A stretch of 37,995 nucleotides of DNA from Candidatus Saccharimonadia bacterium (lineage in GTDB: Bacteria > Patescibacteriota > Saccharimonadia > Saccharimonadales > SZUA-47). The notes under the pieces are model-generated. The model worked only from the letters and a program-made list of their open reading frames with translations, was not told the origin of the DNA and did not search any database. How positions within the stretch are numbered: position 1 is the stretch's first letter; the number at the start of each line of letters is the position of its first letter. Shown here piece by piece: positions 7,238 to 14,816 of the stretch. The stretch spans positions 1 to 37,995 of the forward strand of contig CALLJT010000056.1 in the NCBI GenBank assembly GCA_938050265.1, in the 5' to 3' direction. The position numbers were made by a program, and so were the translations under genes.

Positions 7238-9009
7238 GAAATAGCTTCCCCGATCGCGAGTTGTTGTGGTGATATCGAATGCACACCGTGTTCGGTTTTC
7301 TGCCAGTAGTACGGTTTGACAATGAGCTCATAAGCCGCCTGCAGTGCCGCCAGGAGCATCAAACCCCAGTAATACGGTAGCGCTAGAAGTGCTGGCAGGA
7401 GATCCCACTGACCACGTTTCGCAATACCGAGAGAATACGTATATATGTACACGAGGTTGATGAATATGAAGTTAAATAGCAGCGCGTATGATGTCCAGCT
7501 GGATAGTTCTATGCCGCCCACCCCGAGTGCAGACATGGCTGTGTTGCCGACGAACAGCAGCAGCATAATCGTGCTGAACAAGAGTCCAAACGAGCGTATT
7601 CCAAGTAGCACATGCATGTATGCGATGTCACGGAAGCGGCCGTTACGGGCGAATGCCCCCATGTTTCGTGAATGAACGAGGTGTGTTTGCATGTAGCCTT
7701 TGATCCAGCGTGAGCGTTGTTTTACCCAGCTGCGCGGGCTGCCGTTGGCTTCTTCCATGGTGGTGGAGTCAATGATTTTAGTCGTATACCCGAGCTGTGC
7801 GAGGCGCATCCCCAGGTCGGCGTCTTCGGTGACGTTGTAGGGGTCCCAGGCGCCAATGCGTCGAAGTAGTTGCGTGTTGAAGTGGTTCGACGTGCCTCCG
7901 AGTGGGATTGGCGCACCGATAGCCATGAGTCCAGGTAGTACTACCTCAAACCAGAGTGAATATTCAAGCGTGAACAGCTGTGTGAGCACGTTGTGTTTTG
8001 GGTTGTAGAAATTGAGCTTTGCTTGGACACAGCCAATTTTCTGTCCAGCTGCAGCGGCGTTCATTTGGGATGTCGCAGCTATTTTGAGTTGTTTCGGATC
8101 CGGTATGTCTTCGGCATCGTATATGACACTATATTCGCCCGTTGCTTGCGTGAGCCCGTAGTTGCAGGCTTTAGGCTTGGTTTTAGGCTGCGAATCTGGA
8201 ACAACGATGATATCGAAGTAGGATGGCAAGTTCATCGCTCTCGCTGCAAGTATGGTTTCTTCGTCGTCTTCTTCGAGCAGGAGCATGATCTGTAACCTGT
8301 CTTTAGGGTAATCAAGAGCTGCCATGGCTGCGGTGAACTGTGGCAGAACGGCAGTTTCTTTGTATAGCGGGCAGAGAACGGTGTAGGTCGGCCATTCGTC
8401 GTGTGCGACGTCCTGGTCGATGTGGCTGTCGGCACGAGTGAACATGCCTTTCATGATGACGGTCATATAGAATATGAAGTCAGAGAGGTAATAACCCACA
8501 CTAAATACGATTATTGCCTGCACGAACCCGAGTGGTGATCGTATGATCAGCCCAATAAGCGCAACCGCAAGAGCACCAAACAGGATATTTTGCGTGGTAG
8601 ACGTGCGGAGCTTGGCTGAGCGGTGCTCAGGTAGCGGCTGAATTGCGTGTGTTGTTGGCGCTCCGTTTGTAGCTGCCGGAGTAGTATGCGTTTTGGACGA
8701 GTTCGTGCGTGTTCGTGTTGCACGTTTTTTAGTCGCGCTCACCGATGTACGCTTGGCTGGTCGAACGGCCGGTGCGACTGAACGACGACGTACTTGAGAG
8801 GCTTGTTTACGTTGCATAGGTGCTGTGTGTGCGCGTTTCTTCGTCGCTTCTCGATCCGTGGATTGTGGAGGTGTAATGGAGCGCATTGGTCGAACGCGAT
8901 GCTCACGCAAATACGTACCGACACCTTGAATGTTGGCTGAACTCATATATGTTTGTCCTTCTGTACGGGTATATCGTTGCTCTACACTAGGAAGCGACCG
9001 CTGGAGCAT
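7234..9009 (-). CDS. Processive family-2 glycosyltransferase (cellulose synthase / PgaC / NodC-like beta-glycan synthase) with a basic N-terminal tail
   Basis: Carries the processive GT2 motif set: YDAEDIPD (DxD), VTEDADLG (TED) and KQRSRWIKG (QxxRW), flanked by transmembrane spans on both sides. The start is ambiguous. ATG 9009 is the longest option. ATG 8946 (MSSANIQ...) has a GAAGGA Shine-Dalgarno 9 nt upstream. Confidence 0.82.
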   Translation of the reverse strand: MLQRSLPSVEQRYTRTEGQTYMSSANIQGVGTYLREHRVRPMRSITPPQSTDREATKKRAHTAPMQRKQASQVRRRSVAPAVRPAKRTSVSATKKRATRTRTNSSKTHTTPAATNGAPTTHAIQPLPEHRSAKLRTSTTQNILFGALAVALIGLIIRSPLGFVQAIIVFSVGYYLSDFIFYMTVIMKGMFTRADSHIDQDVAHDEWPTYTVLCPLYKETAVLPQFTAAMAALDYPKDRLQIMLLLEEDDEETILAARAMNLPSYFDIIVVPDSQPKTKPKACNYGLTQATGEYSVIYDAEDIPDPKQLKIAATSQMNAAAAGQKIGCVQAKLNFYNPKHNVLTQLFTLEYSLWFEVVLPGLMAIGAPIPLGGTSNHFNTQLLRRIGAWDPYNVTEDADLGMRLAQLGYTTKIIDSTTMEEANGSPRSWVKQRSRWIKGYMQTHLVHSRNMGAFARNGRFRDIAYMHVLLGIRSFGLLFSTIMLLLFVGNTAMSALGVGGIELSSWTSYALLFNFIFINLVYIYTYSLGIAKRGQWDLLPALLALPYYWGLMLLAALQAAYELIVKPYYWQKTEHGVHSISPQQLAIGEAIS

Positions 9010-9161
9010 GCGCGGATCAGTGGACTAACAGATACTAAATGTCCCTTTTACTCTTACTGTTCATCATAAGCAGTACGTGCTTATCCATATACTATACCGT
9101 ACAGCTTACTGAACGCGTCAAGTCGAATACAATATTTATTTCCCACTTAGCACCCCTCACT

Positions 9162-9190
9162 GACTGGACAAGGACAGTCCTTGTCCAGTC
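9162..9190. promoter_or_regulatory. 29-bp perfect palindrome (GACTGGACAAGGAC-A-GTCCTTGTCCAGTC), candidate operator in a divergent intergenic region
   Basis: Read directly from the sequence. It has 14-bp arms around a single central base, with no U-run on either strand, so it is not a classical terminator. Confidence 0.45.
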
Positions 9191-9229
9191 CTGGAAGTTA
9201 CTGTGGGTACTGAGGCGCAGGATTTTACG

Positions 9230-9348
9230 AAGTCTTTTCTTTCTCAATGATGCTATGGCATCATTTCTAAAAAAAAAACTTCAATCTTGTCACCCTATGA
9301 ACGTTTGGGTATAAAAAAGCGAGTGCGGGTCAGATATACTATAGGTAT
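9230..9348 (+). promoter_or_regulatory. Duplicated promoter/5' module, copy A (upstream of the FKBP gene)
   Basis: About 120 bp, near-identical to 12798..12917, including a 42-nt 100% identical core. Contains an inverted repeat ATGATGC-N4-GCATCAT (9247..9264), TTGTCA (9287..9292) - 17 nt - TATAAA (9310..9315), and TATACT (9335..9340) 8 nt before the ATG. Confidence 0.7.
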
Positions 9349-10068
9349 ATGAGATTACGAGACGCAGTGGGCATGGTAGCGGCAGGAGCACTCACGACAA
9401 CCGCAGTCGGTGGCTATCTATGGTGGGAAAACAGGTCGAACACTGAGCCAGTTCAGGTGTCACAGCAGCAGAGTTTTCCTTCTGCATTGCGGGGAGCCGT
9501 ACAGCCGTCGCCCACGACGCAGACGCTGCAGGTGCGTGATGCATCAAACACCCCGGCCGGGTCGGACGAAGGCAGCCCTCAAGGCCAGGCTCAAACAAAC
9601 GCTGGCGAACAGCCCTCGCTCGGCACGCAGCTCGGCGGTCCATATGCATCGGACGCCGCTCGCGCAGAATCGCAAGCCACCCTGCCGACGCCAGACCAGT
9701 TCGCACAGTACGAACAATATGAAGAGGCTGGTCAGCTGCTGTATGCAGAAGTAAACCCAGGTAACGGCGAGCAAGCAGTTGTCGGCCGACAGGTTGCCAT
9801 GCTGTATAAAGGATGGCTCACTGATGGTACATTGTTTGACCAGACTGCGACGGACGAAGCAGGCGTTGTGCAGCCGTTTGTGTTCACGCTTGGTGCTGGC
9901 CACGTCATCCAAGGCTGGGACCAAGGCATCGTTGGCATGAAAGTCGGAAGCAAACGACGGCTTGTCATACCGTCAAACCTCGCGTACGGTGACATCGAGC
10001 GCGGCCCTATCCCTGCTCAGTCGATGCTGATTTTTGACATTGAACTCGTAGCGGTCGCACCGGAGTAG
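9349..10068 (+). CDS. Membrane-anchored FKBP-type peptidyl-prolyl cis-trans isomerase
   Basis: N-terminal hydrophobic segment, then a Q/S/P-rich linker, then a canonical FKBP domain (YKGWLTDGTLFD...FVFTLGAGHVIQGWDQGIVGMKVGSKRRLVIPSNLAYG...LIFDIELV). Confidence 0.9.
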   Translation: MRLRDAVGMVAAGALTTTAVGGYLWWENRSNTEPVQVSQQQSFPSALRGAVQPSPTTQTLQVRDASNTPAGSDEGSPQGQAQTNAGEQPSLGTQLGGPYASDAARAESQATLPTPDQFAQYEQYEEAGQLLYAEVNPGNGEQAVVGRQVAMLYKGWLTDGTLFDQTATDEAGVVQPFVFTLGAGHVIQGWDQGIVGMKVGSKRRLVIPSNLAYGDIERGPIPAQSMLIFDIELVAVAPE

Positions 10069-10070
10069 GT

Positions 10071-11024
10071 ATGTTTCAGAGTCTTATCGTCCTGCGCAAC
10101 GACACTGCGACGAACGCACGTCGGTCGCGAGAATACGTAGACCAGTTAGAGACGCATTTCAGTCTGTCAGCGCAGTCTGTCGACATATCCGGCTGTACTG
10201 CAGAAAAAATACATGACGTTGTTGCGAAGACATTGGACGCATTGGACTCCTTGCCTGCTGTTATGGCTATCGTCGGCGGAGATGGCACGGTCAGTAGCGT
10301 GGTTCATGGGGTTGTTATGAGCCCGCACGCTCAAGCGCTCGGAGATCAGCTCGCGCTCTTTCCTCTGTGGGGTGGCAACGCGAACGATATAGCAACTATG
10401 CTGAATGGTGTGGCCAAAAATGTCACTATGTCTCAGGTGTGTGAGCGCGCTACAGTTCAACCGATATATCCGCTGATGGTGTCTGTCGATTCGCCAGGCG
10501 GATCGTTTGAGCGTATCGCGACCGCCTACGCTAGTTTTGGGGCGACAGCTGAGGCATCTTCACTTATGGAGTCATCGGCACACGCTCGAAGCGGCACGAA
10601 GCGGCGGCCGTTTATTATTCGTGTCGGGAGAGAGATCCTCGATTTTTGGAGAGCTATTATACGGATGGACGGATTTGGAATGAGCTCGCCAGGCGAGGAG
10701 TCAGTGCATGCGTATGAACGGCTGTTTATTAACGGGCCGCGTATCGCCCGGATCCGACACGGTATGGTCCAGCTTGGGCAGCGTGCATATTTGGAGGCGA
10801 TGGCTACAAAAAAGAACGCCCACATGCTTCTGTACGCTTACCGGCTGTTCGTGAAAAAATCATACGGCACTGTGACAGACCAGCCCACGACGTTTCATAT
10901 CCGAGACGCGACGATGGCTCAGATAGACGGCGAGGTGATCGGCATTGAACCGCACACAATAGTGCGTGTGGCCATCCACGAAACACCGTTTTATGCAGTG
11001 GCCCAGTCGCGACAGATAGACTAG
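10071..11024 (+). CDS. Lipid kinase, diacylglycerol kinase catalytic-domain family (YegS/BmrU-like)
   Basis: GGDGT nucleotide-binding motif (AIVGGDGTVSSVVHGV) at the expected distance from the N-terminus. Length is 317 aa. Starts 2 nt after the FKBP stop. Confidence 0.65.
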   Translation: MFQSLIVLRNDTATNARRSREYVDQLETHFSLSAQSVDISGCTAEKIHDVVAKTLDALDSLPAVMAIVGGDGTVSSVVHGVVMSPHAQALGDQLALFPLWGGNANDIATMLNGVAKNVTMSQVCERATVQPIYPLMVSVDSPGGSFERIATAYASFGATAEASSLMESSAHARSGTKRRPFIIRVGREILDFWRAIIRMDGFGMSSPGEESVHAYERLFINGPRIARIRHGMVQLGQRAYLEAMATKKNAHMLLYAYRLFVKKSYGTVTDQPTTFHIRDATMAQIDGEVIGIEPHTIVRVAIHETPFYAVAQSRQID

Positions 11025-11044
11025 ACACCCTGCCCTGGTAGCTT

Positions 11045-12709
11045 TTATTCTGTAGTGAGTTTGCTGACAAGTGTAGATGTCGAGCTGTCGTGCGTGCCAG
11101 GAGTGTTGCTCGATATTTCGGCTGCGATCGTCGTTGCCATGGTTTTGCCCAGTTGGACACCCCACTGGTCAAACGAATTAATGCCCCACAGGACACCTTG
11201 GGCGTATATTTTGTGTTCGTATAGAGCAATGAGCTGACCGAACGTGTACGGGGTGAGTTTTGGCAGGAGCAGTGTCGTGCTTGGCTGATTTCCGGGCATG
11301 CGTTTATGGGCAACAAGCTCCTCAGGTACACCGCCTTCACGTAGCTCTGTGTCTGTCGTGCCGAACGCTAGCGCCTCGGCTTGCGCCAGCGCGTTAGACA
11401 GAAGCAGGTTGTGCTGGTCGCCACTGTCGACGTAGGGCCGCTTGAACAATATGATGTCGGTTGGGATAAGGCGACCGCTCTGGTGGACGTGCTGCATAAA
11501 TGTATGTTGCGCATCCGTGCCCGGCGTGCCCCAGACGATCGGACCAGTTGCCGTCTGTGTTGGCGATCCATCCACGCGTACGGACTTGCCATTACTCTCC
11601 ATGTTGGCTTGCTGTAAGTACGTTGTGAACCGTCCGAGCTGGGATGAATATGGCAGTACGAGCTCTGTCTCCGCCCCGAAGTAGTTGTTGTATAAAACAC
11701 TGAGTAGCGCAAGTGTTATCGGGATGTTTTGTTCAAAGGGTGCCGTGCGGAAGTGCTCGTCCATGCTATGAGCACCGTCGAGCATCGACCCGAAGTGTGC
11801 GGGGCCGATGACGACCATGAGCGTAAGCCCAACAGAGCTCATGAGCGAGTAGCGTCCTCCTACCCAATCCCACATCTCGAATATGTTTGCTGGATCTATG
11901 CCGAACTCGGATACGGCATCGGTGTTTGTCGACACTGCGACGAAATGCCGGGCGACAGCTCGTTCGTCTGGCGCACTGTCCAGAAGCCACGTGCGGGCTG
12001 CTTGCGCGTTCGTCAGGGTTTCTATCGTCGTAAACGATTTGGACACAACTACAAACAGAGTGCTCGAAGGCTTCAAGTGCGCCAGTGTCGTCTGCATGTC
12101 TGCGGGGTCGACGTTGGACACGAAGTGCGCTCGTATGGAGGTGTCCGCATACTGCGCGAGTGCTTCGTCTGCCATGTGTGGTCCAATTTCTGAGCCGCCA
12201 ATCCCGATATGTACGACGTCTGTGATGGCTGCACCGTCGTATCCAGTCCAGGATCCATCCCTGATCGTTCGTGCGAAGTTGGTCATTTGTTGCAGTACTT
12301 TTTTAACTACAGGCATCACATCTTCGCCGTCAACTGTAACGTGCGAGTCACTGGGGTTGCGCAGCGCGACGTGGAGTACTGATCGGTTCTCAGTGGTGTT
12401 TATTTTGACGCCGCTGAACATGGCATCTATGGCACCGCGCATGTCGCACTCAGCGAGGAGGTCCTGCATGATCGAGAGTGTTTCTGACGTGATGCGGTTT
12501 TTCGAATAGTCTACATAGACACCGTCGTGCTCAAGTGTGAGTGTACTCCCACGGTCCGGTTGTGCTGAGAACAAATCTCTGAGTCTGCTGTCCTGCAACT
12601 TTTCAGTGTAGTGCGCCTGCATCGCCTCAGTCGCAGATGGGGCATCTGGGCGTGTGCTGGTGTCTGTGTTGTTGCGTGTTTTTTGTGTGTGTGGTTGTGC
12701 ATAATCCAT
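11045..12709 (-). CDS. pgi: Glucose-6-phosphate isomerase
   Basis: Typical PGI blocks: VDYSKNRIT, HIGIGGSEIGP, GGRYSLMSSVG, ESNGKSV, GTPGTDAQHTFMQ. I place the start at ATG 12709 (MDYAQ...) because TATACT (12719..12724, minus) lies 9 nt upstream. The ORF-track GTG 12745 would include that box. Confidence 0.92.
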   Translation of the reverse strand: MDYAQPHTQKTRNNTDTSTRPDAPSATEAMQAHYTEKLQDSRLRDLFSAQPDRGSTLTLEHDGVYVDYSKNRITSETLSIMQDLLAECDMRGAIDAMFSGVKINTTENRSVLHVALRNPSDSHVTVDGEDVMPVVKKVLQQMTNFARTIRDGSWTGYDGAAITDVVHIGIGGSEIGPHMADEALAQYADTSIRAHFVSNVDPADMQTTLAHLKPSSTLFVVVSKSFTTIETLTNAQAARTWLLDSAPDERAVARHFVAVSTNTDAVSEFGIDPANIFEMWDWVGGRYSLMSSVGLTLMVVIGPAHFGSMLDGAHSMDEHFRTAPFEQNIPITLALLSVLYNNYFGAETELVLPYSSQLGRFTTYLQQANMESNGKSVRVDGSPTQTATGPIVWGTPGTDAQHTFMQHVHQSGRLIPTDIILFKRPYVDSGDQHNLLLSNALAQAEALAFGTTDTELREGGVPEELVAHKRMPGNQPSTTLLLPKLTPYTFGQLIALYEHKIYAQGVLWGINSFDQWGVQLGKTMATTIAAEISSNTPGTHDSSTSTLVSKLTTE

Positions 12710-12797
12710 ATGCTTAGCAGTATACGTGTTCAGGTAGCTTCGCACAAAAGTCGAACCCGAAACGAGGCTCGGAGGGTATGTATGCCAACAATCTAGT

Positions 12798-12917
12798 AAG
12801 TCTTTTCTTTCTCGATGATGCTATGGCATAATATTGAAAAGAACAAAACTTCAATCTTGTCACCCTATGAACGTTTGGGTATAAAAAAGTGAGTGCAGCT
12901 CAGGTATACTGCTATAT
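12798..12917 (+). promoter_or_regulatory. Duplicated promoter/5' module, copy B (upstream of 12918 gene, divergent from pgi)
   Basis: Same module as 9230..9348. It has the same TTGTCA-17-TATAAA pair and TATACT (12905..12910) 7 nt before the ATG. The inverted repeat carries one mismatch (ATGATGC-N4-GCATAAT). Confidence 0.7.
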
Positions 12918-13817
12918 ATGGGGAAACGCAGCACAGAATTGACTCGGGTGGCGAGAGATTTGAAGCTTGCGCGCGTCCGCCCTCTTGAAGCGCATCGCCA
13001 GCTCGTGGCCGATGGCTGGCGTGCTGACCAGGTCAGTCGTGCTATGTGGCAGGCAGGTTACCGCGACTGGGACTCGATGATGAGCGTGCCACGGGTGAAG
13101 AAGACAATAGCCGTCGGTGGAGCCGTTGTCGTTGTGGGAGTTCTGATGGGTGCAACACTGCTATTTGACAGCCGCCGGGCAGCCCAAACTGAAGTTGCTG
13201 GCGTGAGCGTGCTACGCGACGGTACCGTAGAGTTAACTGAACCAGATCCGCAAGACTGGCAGGAATTCGCAGATACTGCGTCAGGTGTGTCGTTCAGCTA
13301 TCCCGTGTCATGGGTCGTCTCTGATATTGCGACCGATAGTGCCGTGGATGAGTTCGCCTGGCAGATTGAACCAGAACGCAATGAAGCCATACGAGCTGAA
13401 ATCGAAAAACGCTATGGTGATGTACTGAGCGATTCATCTGGCCCATCGCCAGGCGCGCTTGCAATACTGGACGATCCGTTGTTGTCGGAACTTGTCACGA
13501 TCACTGTGTTGTTACGCCGCGCACCAACGTTCGAGATCGAGCAGTCGCTGGACGAGTGGCAAGAGCTCCTCGAACAGGCCATTGGAGACTCCGAAGGAGT
13601 CAGCGTGCGACGTGTTTCTGACCTGCAAATCCATGACACCGATGCACGAGAGTTCGTCACATCTATATCGTTCGGAGGCGCTCCGATTGAAAGTAGAGAG
13701 TTTATCGCACTGATGTCAGATCGTCGCCTCGAAGTCAGCGTGTTCCCTGCGGACACTTCTCAGGGCGTCCTGATCCAGCAGATCGTGGACACAATCGAAT
13801 TCGCACCCTCGCTGTAG
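12918..13817 (+). CDS. Hypothetical type-II membrane protein (short cytoplasmic GW helix module, one TM, extracytoplasmic domain)
   Basis: 299-aa ORF with one hydrophobic span (IAVGGAVVVVGVLMGATLLF). Shares an N-terminal ...L..DGW...V motif and an FSYPVSWVVSD-type motif with the next gene. Confidence 0.6.
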   Translation: MGKRSTELTRVARDLKLARVRPLEAHRQLVADGWRADQVSRAMWQAGYRDWDSMMSVPRVKKTIAVGGAVVVVGVLMGATLLFDSRRAAQTEVAGVSVLRDGTVELTEPDPQDWQEFADTASGVSFSYPVSWVVSDIATDSAVDEFAWQIEPERNEAIRAEIEKRYGDVLSDSSGPSPGALAILDDPLLSELVTITVLLRRAPTFEIEQSLDEWQELLEQAIGDSEGVSVRRVSDLQIHDTDAREFVTSISFGGAPIESREFIALMSDRRLEVSVFPADTSQGVLIQQIVDTIEFAPSL

Positions 13818-13893
13818 TTGATTATTGTCTTAAAAAATGTTATAGTATACTACTATGGGATCGTAGAACTCCAGCCCGTATCGTGATGCAGCA

Positions 13894-14661
13894 TTGTACA
13901 TCGAAAACGAAGCGTTCAAAGGACGCTCTATTGAAGCTGTTTTGAGCCAAATGCACGCTGCAGGCTGGAGTGATCAAGACCTTGTCGCCACTGTGGCTGT
14001 ACTGAACGAACAGCATGATGTGTTGCAGCAGGTGGACATGGATCCACTGCATCGCCGTCCACGCAAACAGCGAAACGTATGGCGCGTTATGGTACTCACC
14101 GCTGTCGCAACAGTGTTGGTTTCTGTTGGGGCATATCTATATTTTTTGTATAAACCTGTGCAGTACCGTACGTTTCAGGACCCTAACTTCACCATGAGCA
14201 TACCCGAGTCGTGGGTATTGAGCGACGAATACAAGCCAGGGTCTAGCGTTGTGCTAGCATACAGCAGCGACAATGATGACGATGCTGACAGTACTGCGTT
14301 CATGACAGTGTACCTGAATTTGTTCGAAGATCAGTTCGGGAGGCAGCTGATGGATGGGAGTGCGAACGCTCGCATAACACGTGACGAAACGCGCGAATAT
14401 CAGAAAAGTCGATTACGCTATATCGAATACGAAAAACCTGCCACTGACGAGTCTCGCAGCACACGAGGTGCATATGTATTGTCTACGAGAGGCGAACTGA
14501 CGGTCAGCGCAACGATAACGTCTCAATCCGACCACTGGGGTAGGCACGCAGAAGCAGCGAAGCGTGCGCTCAATTCGATCACGCCAAACTGCTCGATCAA
14601 AAACCTCGATGCACTGTACGACGAAGACGGCGCAATAATACTCTGCCAAGTCGAGCAGTAG
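13894..14661 (+). CDS. Hypothetical type-II membrane protein, paralogous in architecture to 12918..13817
   Basis: 255-aa ORF. TTG 13894 is the only start candidate between the upstream in-frame TAG (13864) and ATG 13951. The N-terminus (SIEAVLSQMHAAGWSDQDLV) aligns with the neighbour, which supports the TTG start. One TM (VMVLTAVATVLVSVGAYLYFL), then MSIPESWVLSD. Confidence 0.55.
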   Translation: MYIENEAFKGRSIEAVLSQMHAAGWSDQDLVATVAVLNEQHDVLQQVDMDPLHRRPRKQRNVWRVMVLTAVATVLVSVGAYLYFLYKPVQYRTFQDPNFTMSIPESWVLSDEYKPGSSVVLAYSSDNDDDADSTAFMTVYLNLFEDQFGRQLMDGSANARITRDETREYQKSRLRYIEYEKPATDESRSTRGAYVLSTRGELTVSATITSQSDHWGRHAEAAKRALNSITPNCSIKNLDALYDEDGAIILCQVEQ

Positions 14662-14663
14662 CC

Positions 14664-14684
14664 CATCGTCTGTCTCAGACGATG
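14664..14684 (+). terminator. Hairpin 3 nt after the stop of 13894..14661 (CATCGTCTG-TCT-CAGACGATG)
   Basis: Perfect 9-bp stem with a 3-nt loop, followed by an A/T-rich stretch (TATATAAAT) but no clean U-run. A second 10-bp hairpin lies at 14788..14810, next to the convergent gene. Confidence 0.35.
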
Positions 14685-14816
14685 TATATAAATCATCTGC
14701 GTCGTCGGATTTATTCCGGAGAAAGCAGATACGATATTCGGGGGAGAACAGACAGAGCATCTGGCTTCGAGCCAGTGCCCTGCTCGTTAGGAGGGGGTGT
14801 CCCCTTCCTAAGTCAT

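Noticed and set aside
9244-9270. Mini-ORF ATGATGCTATGGCATCATTTCTAA (MMLWHHF) inside the duplicated module, considered as a leader peptide.
   Set aside because: The frame and length are not conserved in copy B (25 codons, different sequence after codon 5). The ATGATGC...GCATCAT symmetry explains the sequence better as an inverted repeat.
9039-9314. 91-aa ORF (MSLLLLLFIISS...) filling the GT2/FKBP divergent intergenic region.
   Set aside because: It spans the 29-bp palindrome, other inverted repeats and the duplicated promoter module. The module is not conserved in frame between the two copies. There is no ribosome-binding site or -10 box at a suitable distance, and the sequence is low-complexity. 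It is most likely non-coding regulatory DNA.
14741-14804. tRNA-like segment: GGGGAGA...TGTCCCC could pair as an acceptor stem, and CTGGC-TTCGA-GCCAG resembles a T- or anticodon arm.
   Set aside because: It is only ~64 nt. It has no D-arm and no GTTCGAATC-type T-loop in the right position. The candidate arm has a 5-nt loop, or a 4-bp stem if forced to 7 nt. No acceptor pairing works on the minus strand either. I treat it as terminator-type hairpins.
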